Shown here: positions 1 through 17,929 of the stretch, piece after piece
Numbering within the stretch: the first letter of the stretch is position 1
Layout: each line of letters starts with the position of its first letter
Assembly (NCBI GenBank): GCA_037447605.1
Contig: CM074809.1
Span: forward strand, 3,958,689-4,022,688
Direction: 5' to 3'
Source of the DNA: Zygnema circumcarinatum SAG 698-1b
Lineage: Eukaryota > Plantae > Zygnematophyceae
Length of the DNA stretch: 64,000 bases
Made by a program: the position numbers and the translations under genes
Notes under the pieces: generated by a model
What the model was told of the DNA's origin: nothing
Seen by the model: the letters and a program-made list of their open reading frames with translations, nothing else
The model's database searches: none

Positions 1-329
1 ATAAGGCTTCAGGATGTGCAATGACAGCTTCTATCCAGCGATTCGGGTATCGCGCAAACTTCTCTAATCTACATCGTGACATGTTTACGAATTCCATTCA
101 ACCAACCTATTGAACAACACCATCACTCTGTGACGAAAGGAGCTGGAACTCTTCCTCGTGCCTGAGACTCGCCTCTAAAACTTGCTCCTTCACTAACATC
201 AACATAGCAGCGGCTCACACTATACGGTTGTTCAAGTCGTTACACTAGAGGCGACCACTAGATGGTTCTCGTAATACCCATCTATTATATGCATGGGTCT
301 ACTACGCACTCCCCTGTGCGTGTCTGAGA

Positions 330-517
330 GAGCTAGATAGCTATATTCTATACTGTACAGGACCACTATATACACCAAGTACCCTAAGAACCGTGGAGCC
401 GCTAACGGCACACCAGTACTGCCGAGCTAGATAGCTAGATTCTTTACTGTACAGGACCACTATATACACCAAGTACCCTAAGGACCGTGGAGCCGCTAAC
501 GGCACAACAGTACTGCC
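330..517. repeat. 94-bp tandem duplication (330-423 / 424-517) just downstream of the RDR stop codon
   Basis: Two adjacent copies of GAGCTAGATAGCTA...TACTGTACAGGACCACTATATACACCAAGTACCCTAAG.ACCGTGGAGCCGCTAACGGCACA.CAGTACTGCC, with about 4 mismatches. Confidence 0.9.
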
Positions 518-522
518 ATACC

Positions 523-7781
<7,259 letters not shown>

Positions 7782-7796
7782 TCCTCCTTCAAACTA

Positions 7797-7801
<5 letters not shown>

Positions 7802-7843
<42 letters not shown>

Positions 7844-7850
7844 CCTCTCT
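7802..7850. repeat. (CT)n microsatellite immediately upstream of the RDR start codon
   Basis: Directly visible, about 20 bp 5' of the ATG at 7781. Confidence 0.95.
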
Positions 7851-8098
7851 CTGCACAGCATGTAACGTGGCCGTACAGGCATGCACGTATGCATTGTGGT
7901 GTCACGGCCAGGTCGAGCCATGCATGGGACCATGGGGTACTGCAAAGCCAGCTGCCAACCATTCGAGTTGAGAAATCGTCCAATCAAAGATCGCACGTCG
8001 ACATTTCATCCGACGTGGCTATCTGTGATTGGCTACTGTCGACAAATTACTGCATGCTTTCCATGGATTTCCATTCTCCTTCTTCTCTTTTTTTTTTT

Positions 8099-8154
8099 GG
8101 ACAAAATCATCATCATCATCATGGGGAACCACGAGGAACTGGTCGCAAAGGACC
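8099..8154 (+). mobile_element. Fragment of the recurrent fold-back/MITE-like family (copy A)
   Basis: GGACAAAAT(CAT)n ATGGGGAACCACGAGGAACTGGTCGCAAAGGACC matches 14115-14148, 26845-26881 and the reverse complement of 35186-35217. Confidence 0.7.
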
Positions 8155-8275
8155 TCGTTTTAGGGTTTGCTTTGAATACAGAGTAGGGATGATGTACAGT
8201 ACATTAGGACGCAGTGTCGTGTATTAGAATTCCAATCAAACATTCTAAAAGTTAGGGAAAAACTAAGTTAGGCCG

Positions 8276-8442
8276 TTTTATAAAACACTTTTAGAATAGA
8301 CGGACATTCGTACGAATGTATAAGCGTACGGCCAAACTGTACGTCAGTGCGAGCGCTATTCAAGTTGACGGCTGTTCAAATTCAACGGTCGTACGGTCGT
8401 TCAGAAAGTGTTCTAAAACTCTGAAACTTTCAGATTTTAGAA
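8276..8442. repeat. Small palindromic/hairpin element
   Basis: Imperfect inverted arms 8276-8296 / 8400-8418, a perfect 16-bp palindrome ACATTCGTACGAATGT at 8304-8319, and a second hairpin at 8411-8442. Confidence 0.55.
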
Positions 8443-9681
8443 CGTTTTAAGACTCTAAAAGTCCATTGTACGGACACATGTACCTGCATTGTACTGTACA
8501 GTATTACAGTACTGTACAGTACTGTACTGTACAGAGCAGGGGGGGCCGTACAGGCTCAGCTCCGTACAGCAGCAGGCCGGTTCTAATTTTCCGCCAGCCT
8601 GCCCAAAAAAAGTTTCTATCTCTCCCAGTGCAACCAATCAGCTCGCGCCAACCGTCCTCCGTATATTCCCTCTCGCCCTGCTCCATTAAAAACCTTCATC
8701 CGCCTGCCCGCGTCTCCCATACCCCGCTGCCCCGCTGAAACTCTCACCCTGCCCAACCTCCAAGAATATGACCGTCGATTCTAAATTGGACGGTCCATAT
8801 TGCTTACTTGAGATATTTCGTGCGTTCCGTGAGTAGGTTTGCCAAACATTTTTGGTTCGGGCAGCGAGGCGTAGGAGAGGCGCCTTGGAGGCGGCGGGCG
8901 GAGATTTGCTCTCGGAAAGTCGCGGAGGGTCAAGGGAGGCGCCTGCCTGTCTGGGCGGGGAGGGAATCAGAAATGGTCAAATTGCGCACCAAAGTTGGGA
9001 GGGAAAGCGGTTGTCAAAATGGTGCTGCCAAATTTGAATAGATTCAAATTTGGAGGTTTGATTTTTGAAAGTTTGGAAAATTGGCGCTTCCGAATGGGAG
9101 GGATTGCAGGAAGAAAAGGAGAAAGGGGGAGTTAGGGTTAGGGAGGCGAGGGGGGAAGAGAGAGAGAGAGAGAGGGAACGGGAGGGGAAGGAGTGCGAGA
9201 GGGGGTTGAAGCGGTAGGGGAGGAGAAGGAAGAGGGAGAGGCGGAGTGGGCAGTGGTGAGTTTGAATCTGCAACAGTTGAGGAAGAAGAAATTGTTGGAG
9301 TATAAGAGTGAGAGCATACAGCAGTGATTCGTGGGAAGTTATGGAAGGGAATAGAATGCTTGGCGCAGGAGAGCAGTGTGTTTCAAGCCCAGAGGCTGCT
9401 CCACCGTTTTTTTGCAGCTTGTTGATTGAGTTCAGGGCAGGAACTTGTGGGGAAAAAGCTCTTGTGGAGCGAGCCTGAAGTTTTGATTCGAGGACGAGCT
9501 ACCATCCTTGTCGGCGTATCAGCTTTAACTGCTCATCAGGATGTCGTTTTGCAGGACTCCTGAAGCCATTTTTCTGTAAGGCGTGCGCTCTTTACCGACT
9601 GTGCGATTTTCCCCAGAGCTTAGTGTGTTGAGGGCGGCTGTGTTTATTGAGCGGTCGTACAAGGTAGATTAGAGTTAGTAC

Positions 9682-12607
9682 ATGGTCGCACTCACAATGA
9701 CCAAAGCTCGAGCTCGGAGAGCGTCTGCGAGGAGTGGAGCGGCCTCAGGGAAATCGCAAGTAGTTGTGAAGCGTGCGAAAAAGGAGGCTTCTAGCGGCTC
9801 GCGCCATCGGGGGGCTTCTGCAGGACCCCTCATTACATCTTCTACACGGAAGCGCAGTCGAATAGGTTGGTCCATTGCCCTTTTTGTCCTCGCCGTGCTG
9901 CCTGTTTAAATGACTCTCAAATGGATGAATTGTCGGAGTCTGCATATTATCCTCGTTTGAGGTTCACCGGTCGTTTTTTTTGAATGCTTCACAGGAAACG
10001 TTTGTATTGAATGTTTGCAGACGAAGTTTCGCCAGATGCCGTAGTGAAAGCGGCTCGGTCGAGATTCCTTCCGGTAACAAAGGAGGAAGTTGAGAGGGAG
10101 CATGAAGTATCAGTTACTTCGCCATCTGCGGTTGACTCGACAGAAGGCCGGGTAAAGGTACGTGGAAAGTGGCGTCTGAAAACGTTGCTGACTTCGAGGG
10201 CTGCTACTTGTTTGTCACATCTAAATGCATCACAGGCTTCATTGATGTAACTATTGGTTTGCAGTGCACGAGTGGTACTCGTCAGTTCCAGGGGGGCGCC
10301 AGGCACCTCGTTGCCATGCAAAACAAGAACGCCGCATTTTTCGAGGAGCTAGAATGCGAGGAGCTCACTGACAATTGATGCTATCCTGCAGGTTGATGCT
10401 GTCGCAGCAAGGAATGACTGCGACATGCCTTCTGTTCAACAAGATTTAGGAGAAGAGAGCGCTCGACCAGCACAAAGCTGTACTCCGACAGACGAGCAGG
10501 GGAAGAGCAGTGCACAACTTGCAGGTGTTCCATCTTGTAGTACGTCTGCTCCTGATACGATATTCTCTCCAACGTACCATACGCGAAAGGGCTCTACTCA
10601 AGATGGAGCACCGAGTTCAGTTAGCTCAGGTAAGGCTTTGAGCTTCGGAACTGGTTGTTTGGAAGTTCCTCCAACTGTGCCCTCCACCGTCTTTAATCAT
10701 ACTGGAAACATATGAAAAGAGAAAGCTGTTTTCCTTGCAGGTCAATTCGTGTGTTTTGGTTGCCTGGATTAATAATGTTGTTTCGTTGATTTCAGGGAGG
10801 TCGGGGCCTGGAGGAACACCGAGGAAATCCCTTGCTGACCACGTATTGGTGGTGACCGGAATCCAGAACGCTGCAGAGCAGAGCACCGCTACAAGTCGAG
10901 AGAAGGGGAAGGCAGCTGTACTTCCTTGCAGGCAATCCCAAAGAATTCGAGCAGCTCTTCGGTTAGAAGAGAGTCAAGGAGCGCCATCTTTACAAGGCGG
11001 CCATGCAGCCCAGCCTGAGGCTTCCACTGCCATGGAAGAGGAGTCTGTAGCTGTCGCCCCCGCAGCTAGCAATGTGCAGGTAGGAGCTGTGGCGGTTGTA
11101 GAGCCGCAAAGCTTTCAGAACGAGAGTCCGTTTGCCAAAGAAGCTACGCCTGAGGTTCAGATTGCCGATTCGGATAGCTTAGCAGTACTCCCTGTAGGGA
11201 ACAAAGATGTAGCCGTAGTTGGTTTGTCAGATGCAACCTCGTTGGAATGTCATGATGAAGGAGGTGAAGCAGCCGGGCAAGACGACGATGACTATGACGA
11301 CTTTGATCCTTATCTCTTCATCAAGCGGCTCCCGAGGCTGTCAGAGATTGTTTCGCATTGTCGACCACATTTGTTGCCAAAGCAAACACGGAGATGTCCA
11401 CCAGTTACTCTCGTCCTGGACCTCGATGGTGAGTGCTCTTATTGAGAAAGCATTCTATGCTGTTTACTTTTCTTTCCCTCTAAATTCTGCAACCATGGTT
11501 ACCTTAAGTTTTCTGCATTCTCTGCGCTTTCATTCTACATTTTTATGGAACTCTAATGCGTTTTATGCAGAAGTATGTTGACCTGCTTGTTGCGCTAAGT
11601 CTATGGGGCTTTGATTAGCATTCAACTTGTCATGGCTTCTGTGAAGCAAGCAGTGTCCAGATGACTGTAGTATTGTGCGTTTATCAACTGTGCGGTGTGA
11701 AAACAGTTTCATACTGCAGGAATGTCATGGTAGTTGAACCAGTTCATCGTGGAAATAGTGCTAAATTATTCACAGTAATCAGTTGTTTCCTGCAGAAACG
11801 TTGGTGCATTCAACCCTGGAGCAGTGCTCTGATGCAGACTTTAGTTTTCCGGTGCACTTTAACAATCAAATACATACCGTCTATGTCCGTCGTCGACCAC
11901 ATCTCGAGAGTTTCATGGAGCGTGTTTCGCAAATTTTTGAAATCATTGTCTTCACTGCCAGCCAGAGTGTTTATGCGGAGCAGCTGTTGAACATTCTGGA
12001 TCCTCAGAGGAGGCTGATTCGCCATCGCGTGTTTCGAGATTCTTGTGTCTATGTCGAGGGCAACTATCTGAAGGACCTCTCTATTCTAGGTCGAGACCTA
12101 TCCAAGGTTGCAATTATTGATAACTCGCCACAGGTGTGAACACGCGATAACCATCTTGCTCTTGCTTCTCTGACAATACGTTTGAGAAATGAAGCGTGCT
12201 CCGCCTGTCAATGTTTCTGCAAGTTTTGTTTAGCTCAAGCCTGCTGATGTGTCTTTTTGCAGTGTCCTTTCTGTCCGTAGTTTCAGTTTGATTTCCTGTT
12301 CATTGAGTTTCACTTGGTCTAAATAGTGGGATCCAATGTTGCGCTTCGCAAGACGTGAATGAAACATCAGGCTGAAAGTTGTTTTGGACTTTTGTGGATG
12401 CTGCAGGCATTTGGTTTTCAGGTTGACAACGGCATCCCCATTGAGAGCTGGTTTGATGACAAATCCGACTGCGCACTGAAGTCCCTGCTCCCATTCTTGG
12501 AGACGCTGGTGGGAGTTGAGGATGTCCGACCTGTTATTGCGAAGAAGTTCAATTTAAGGGATCGAATAGCAGCTGCAGAGGAGCCTTTGGGGTTGCAAGT
12601 CCGCTAG
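9682..12607 (+). CDS. SCP1-like small CTD phosphatase (NIF/HAD family) with a long disordered N-terminus
   Basis: Exons 9682-9865, 10021-10151, 10392-10629, 10796-11428, 11796-12133, 12407-12607; phases close. The catalytic DLDET motif is split by an intron (LVLDLD|ETLVHS). Also [51 protein letters not shown]|[18 protein letters not shown]. The N-terminal exons are less certain. Confidence 0.92.
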
Positions 12608-13459
12608 GTTGCGCTGAGAATCTTGTAGGCATTGCCAAATTGTTGATTCCTCGCAGGCCAAGAAGCGCTGAGTATTGAAAGATAGGTTTCTGCGTAGTCT
12701 GCCTTTCTGTGTTACCCTCCCCTGTTGGGAATGGGGGAGGGGGGGAAGGGTGATAGTCGCTTTTGTAAATTGGCAGTTTGTGGCTGCAGGGGAGGTGAGG
12801 TTAGGGCAAAGGCGCTTCGCGCAGGGCCGTAGAGAAGGGCTAGGGTTCGCAGGCGTAAAAGTGCAGCTGGGGATCTGCGAAGCGGGCATGGGATGTCTTG
12901 CTGAGTGTGCGTAGACATCTTTTAGGGTTTTTCTTTTTCTGCTGGAGGAGTGGAGGAGGGGTGGTAGGTCTTTGGTGACCAATTGGTCCCGACTAAAGAC
13001 GTGAAACTGGCTGGAAGCTTGTAGTGCGGTAGCTGCCTAGGATGGGAAGAGGAAGGGGTAGAGGGAGGTAGAGGGAGGTAGAGGGAGGGAGAGGGAGGGA
13101 GAGGGAGGGCATTGCAATGAGCATTTTCTCTCCTGACTTTGTGATGGAGGACGCATGTACACTGTCCAAGCTGTAGGGGAGCGGTCAGGTGCAATACCTG
13201 GCTGGCTGCAGTCTCAATAGCGAGGGTAGACGCTACTCTTCGAGTGTTGTGCCGAGGCTCTAACAATGAGGTTGTAGGTGGCAAGCTGCTGCTGCTGCTG
13301 CTGCTTGGTATTGGCAGAAAGGCAGGGAAAGATCCTGTGTATAATATTCAATATTGGTTTTATCTCCAGTCTAGAATGGCTGTCTCCTTTATGGAACAAA
13401 TGTGAATCTTTGTCTGCCCTGCTCTTAGTGTCTAGTCTTTGGTAGAACCCTCACTTCTT

Positions 13460-13494
13460 GGCCTCGCCATCGTGAGATCACTGCCACTTCCCCC
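13460..13494 (-). mobile_element. Terminal fragment of the fold-back/MITE-like family (copy B)
   Basis: GGCCTCGCCATCGTGAGATCACTGCCACTTCCCCC matches 27100-27132. Confidence 0.65.
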
Positions 13495-13764
13495 TTCGCT
13501 CTTAAACGCTTTTACTAACGGCCGACTTCTTTATCCGTGCGAACTCTGATTTGGATCTGTCAATCTTTGGAAGAGGGCAATTACTGGAGGTAGACGTATA
13601 GCGTACTTCAAAACTAGTACTCACTTCCCGCTTTAGAAAGCACAGTACTACTGCTTTATCTACTTTTTACCATCGAAACAGTTGCCCTGGCAAATCCCCT
13701 ATGTATGTTTCAAGATTGACAAGCCCATTGGTGACCGTCCGATGGCTTCCGTCCCTCCGTCCGC

Positions 13765-13867
13765 GCCACGTGGCCCACATCGGCGACCTTCGCTGCTGCT
13801 TATTTATTTTAAGCGCCGTGTTGTTGTTGTTGGTCTTAAAAGCAGAGTTCCAGTCATGGCTTTTGTC
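13765..13867 (+). repeat. Left arm of an inverted-repeat pair (partner 17602-17694)
   Basis: GCCACGTGGC(C/T)CACATCGGCGACCTT, CGTGTTGTTGTTGTTGG and CATGGC blocks are shared, in the same order, with the reverse complement of 17602-17694. Confidence 0.75.
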
Positions 13868-14063
13868 AATTAGGGGTTGTCGGACTTAGCAAAGAGTTGC
13901 GAAAAGCATTACAGAGAAGAAAGTTACGAAAGTACTCCGCTGTAAGCGGAACACGATATCACCGGGGTACTCGTTTCGGTGTAAACCTTACGAACGGACA
14001 TATTGACGATTTTTTAGTCTGGCAACTCTATTGTCCTTAGGTTCATTGTGGTTAAAGGATGTA

Positions 14064-14273
14064 GCATCGATTTCACGATGGCGAGGCCATCAAATGCACA
14101 TGGCCAAAATCAGCATGGGAAACCACGAGGAACTGGTCGCAAAGGACCTAAGGACAAAAGAAAGAAGCTAGGAGCGGAAAACTACGCCTTGGCCCTTGGC
14201 GCAACAAAGCAGCCTTTGTGAGCGGTTGGTTCCTCGTGGTTCCACATGTTGCTTTTGTCCATCTCCATTTGAT
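14064..14273. mobile_element. Fold-back/MITE-like element (copy C) with both inverted arms
   Basis: Left arm CACGATGGCGAGGCCATCAAATGCACATGGCCAAAATCAGCATGGGAAACCACGAGGAA; internal GCTAGGAGCGGAAAACTACGCCT (shared with 26900-26922); partial right arm 14230-14273. Confidence 0.72.
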
Positions 14274-15027
14274 TTGATGTCCACGTTCACATGTATCCGG
14301 TTTAGTACTGCGTGTTGTAACCGGTAACGGTACTGCGTGCCACATGACATTATGTCAACCGTTGGTTCAATCTGCCGAGATCGAGTGGCTGTCCTTGCTC
14401 CACTGCTCATGAATCAAAAGCGTGAGGTGGCTACAAAAAAACCGTTCGATTTTCCGACAACGTGGACGAACGGACGGTCCGGATTACCGAATTTCCCTTC
14501 AAAAAATGTGGAACGAGTTACGGATTTTGCGATCCCATTGAACTACGAACTTCACCAAACCCAGTTTAGTGAAAAAAACCAGAAACCGTCCAAACGAAGT
14601 CTTGCGGTTTGCAGGAGGTTTTTTGTCATCTCACAGATTTATGTATTTATTTATTTAATGGTTTGGAGTGAGCCTCCGCACGGGACGATCGTGACCGTTG
14701 AGAGGCGTCAGATTGGTCGGTGGAGACGGATTTTCTTCGAAATAGACAATTTAATGTAGAAAATCGTAAAAGCCAAATCAGCGTCAAGGTTTCTTTGGTC
14801 CATCGTGGCCGTCCGCTGGACATTTTTCGACACTCGACAGCCGTCCGTTCGGAAAATGACAGAAACTAAAAAATTTCGGACTCAATCGAATCGCTCCCAA
14901 GATCTGCTCGGCCGATCTCAGCCGTCGGTGCGGATCGATTTTCGGCGGCGGCGCTCCGCCGTCGACGAAACGATCGAGTTCGAACTCACGCCCAAAATCA
15001 AAAGAAATATAGCAAAGATTCCTTATT

Positions 15028-15252
15028 TTACCTACCCGTAAAATATTCAACTTCCCCTTCGACCGTCCGATCTTCGGTGGTAAGCGCTGGACCGTCGCTT
15101 ACAGGTGTGAATGGTGGGAAAACACTTTTGATCCCTGCCCGGACCTCGTACCCCAATATGCTTCTGAAGGAATCCTGCCAAACTCCCTGTTGTTCCCTTG
15201 TGCACTTTTTGGCATGAAGCCCACGAATATGCCAAGGAGATGCTGAAGCCAT
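15028..15252 (-). CDS. Possible small ORF or first exon of an unknown gene divergent from the CREST-like gene
   Basis: GCAGCCATGG start context, as at recognised genes in this window; 74-aa ORF MASASPWHIRGLHAKKC...; possible donor near 15037. No recognisable homology. Confidence 0.2.
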   Translation of the reverse strand: MASASPWHIRGLHAKKCTREQQGVWQDSFRSILGYEVRAGIKSVFPPFTPVSDGPALTTEDRTVEGEVEYFTGR

Positions 15253-15517
15253 GGCTGCCGCTGCAGGCCGCCATGGCCATGGCCTTTAACCGTGGTCGCC
15301 GCAGACCGAGGCGCAACGCCGCGCAAGGCGCACCTGCATCCGACGGCATCTTGCTCCCTTGGAACGAATCTCCTCTTTCTTGATATTATATCTTCCCTTC
15401 TTATACCACGCTGCACTCTGCAGTGACGTTGCAGCGTGTCAGGTTTTGGGAGGAGCTGAAGCTGGGCGGCAGCACTGGGCGGGTGAGGAAGGGAGGGGAT
15501 CAGGGAGTTAGGCAGCC

Positions 15518-16338
15518 ATGGCGTTCACTTCTGAAGCCGCCACAGCAATGGCCGCGACTTACTTGATTCAAGAGAAGTGTTCCAAGAGGGGTGGATACGA
15601 TACCTCGAAGATGGAAGTGAGGGAGGAACCGTCCATTGGAATGGCGAACTTCGAGATGAGTGAGGAGCCGCTGCGTATCTCTGCGCTTCTTGCGAAGCCA
15701 CTCATTCACATGTCGCTGTGGATCCATCACCACCTCCGCATCATGTGCACTGGAGAGTCTCCGCACATTCGAGTCGGATTCTCAAAGATGGTCGCCTTCT
15801 CTAGCTTTTTCTATCTCGCAGTGGCCTATTCTTATTGGTTGCATTCGTGCCCTCTCATGGTGCTTCTGTTCGTCGGAGTCACAATCACCAGCCTGTTCTC
15901 TGACAGCATCAACCCCTCGTCTCGCCTTTGGTGCTCTCTTGATCGCGCGCTCGCCACCTCTGGAGGTGCGTCATGTCATTGTTTCTAAGCCTTCACGCTC
16001 TCATGAGTTTGACAGCAATTTCGCAAAATGTTGAATGTGCTTGCTGTCCTGATCTCTAGAAAGCTTTTGAGGTAGTCGTTGGCTTGAGACTGACCCTATG
16101 CTTTTACCGTCATGCAGTATTCATTGGACCAATCAGAGCGGGCGCATTCTATTCCGATGGTTGCATGGAACAGCTGGAAATCGTAGCACTGTCTCTTTTT
16201 TCTATCATGTTTCTGGCTTGGAGCCGGAGATCGAAGAATCAGGACGAATTTGTTCTTAGGCACACCTGCTGGCATGCAGTTAGCGCATCTTGTTTAGTCT
16301 GGTTAGCGTTTAATGCTCCGCCTATTCAATCACTTTAA
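15518..16338 (+). CDS. Small multi-pass membrane protein (about 222 aa), CREST-superfamily-like (HxxWH motif)
   Basis: Exons 15518-15965 and 16118-16338 (GT-AG, phase 1 closes); GCAGCCATGG start; about 5 hydrophobic segments; motifs SLFSD, WCSLDRALA and RHTCWHAV. Confidence 0.72.
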
Positions 16339-17601
16339 GTGTGACTCTCTCAATTATTGTAGTAATATTAACTTAGCGGCGCATATTTATGCCAAAAAAG
16401 TGGTTTTCCTGGTTTCCACATTGTCTCCCATGCCCCCTTCTAAACCGGCCATTCATGTAGACTTGTAGGATAGGTTTTCTGGTAAAAGTTTAGCTCGGAG
16501 GTTAGGGTTGGTCAGCAGACGAAGTTTGCTCTAGTGTTTAGATATTGGTGACTATGCATCAAAACGGAAGATCAATTTTTTTCCTTCTCAGAAGAAGAGA
16601 GGAGCCTGAAGGCGTCCAGGAGCTGGTAGTGGGTAGACCTCTGTTTCTAGTCTAGGCAGTCCAATGCGCACCTCCGGCTGGAAGGATGTCATCACATTGC
16701 AGAATTGAGGTTACATAATTGCAAAGCAAGACAGGCTCCTGTCTTGAATTCTCAGTTGGAATTTGTCGCTCTCTGGAACAGTGCAGACAAAGTGCCATTT
16801 TCTACGGAAGTGCTGTGTTTGGATGAGAACCTTCGTTGTGTGTAGGTCGATGACAGTGGTCGTATTGTCTTGTTAGTTCTTTATTTTCTTTTTGTTCTGT
16901 CCTTATCCATGCGAGTTCCTTCATTTCCAAATGTGGTGCTTCTCAATTCTTGGACGCCTTTTGCCGGACTCGTAGTTGTCTGTCTGTAGCAGCAGGCTTT
17001 CACGTTCTGAATGTTTCTGGAAGGGACAGTTTCCCTCTGAGTCTTGTGGCATTACAAAAATGTGACAGTAATATTGTGTAATTTTAAGAAGAGATTAATG
17101 GACGGGTGATGGAACCATGTGAAGTTGATGATTCTACTTTTTGAGAAGGAAGAAACTTGTAGACCTACTTCCTTTGCCTTGTACAACGGCAATAGGCTGA
17201 AACTTCAAACCTCTCACAGCACTATTTCCTGCAAATTCTCCACTTTCTTAAAATCATAGTCCAGTACCAGATGTAGGAGCTGGGCCAGGCGTTGACCGGC
17301 TTCAACTCATTTCTCTTTTTTTTTAGCAAAATATTCACTGTGTGGGTCGAATGTCGCTAGAAACTCGACCGACATTAGTTCAGAATTTATGGTGGCTGTT
17401 CCCTGTGTGTCTCTATGCGCCGCCACGTGGGCGTCCTCCAGCCGCAAGATGCCGTCGCTGAACGGTTGAGGAGGAAGCCACGTGTCAAGCGGACGTGCAC
17501 TCAACTGGTGGCCGCCCAAACTTGCGATTCGCCAACCGAACTGGGGTCAGCTGAACGTAAGGAACCACGAGAACCCGGCCACAATTGGCCTAAGAAAGTT
17601 C

Positions 17602-17694
17602 GAACAAGGCCATGAGCGGAACAATGCTTGTAGGCCCAACAACAACAACACGATTCTAAGCAGCCGACAAGGTCGCCGATGTGAGCCACGTGGC
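17602..17694 (-). repeat. Right arm of the inverted-repeat pair (partner 13765-13867)
   Basis: Same shared blocks as the left arm, in reverse-complement orientation. Confidence 0.75.
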
Positions 17695-17929
17695 AATGAG
17701 GGAGGGGCGGATCCTAAGGTGGACCCCAACTCCTAAGTTACTACTACACAATTGTCCATGTCCTTGTTTTTTCATTGTATTATCTAATGGTGACTATCGT
17801 GCCTGTGATGATGGTTTCATGTCATGCCCTGCCATCGGCCATGCCATGCTACCTCTCATTCATGCATCATGATGGGATGTGGCGCATGACATGGGTCCGT
17901 GCCGGCATGCGCCATCCATCCAGCGGTAC

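Noticed and set aside
1-130. Minus-strand open frame MSRCRLEKFARYPNRW... running off the window
   Set aside because: Too short and has no recognisable homology.
13773-13812. GCCCACATCG resembling the plant snRNA USE element, followed by an AT-rich stretch
   Set aside because: The spacing and sequence do not give a clean USE-TATA pair, no recognisable snRNA follows, and the inverted copy at 17680 lacks any TATA. It is better explained as part of the repeat.
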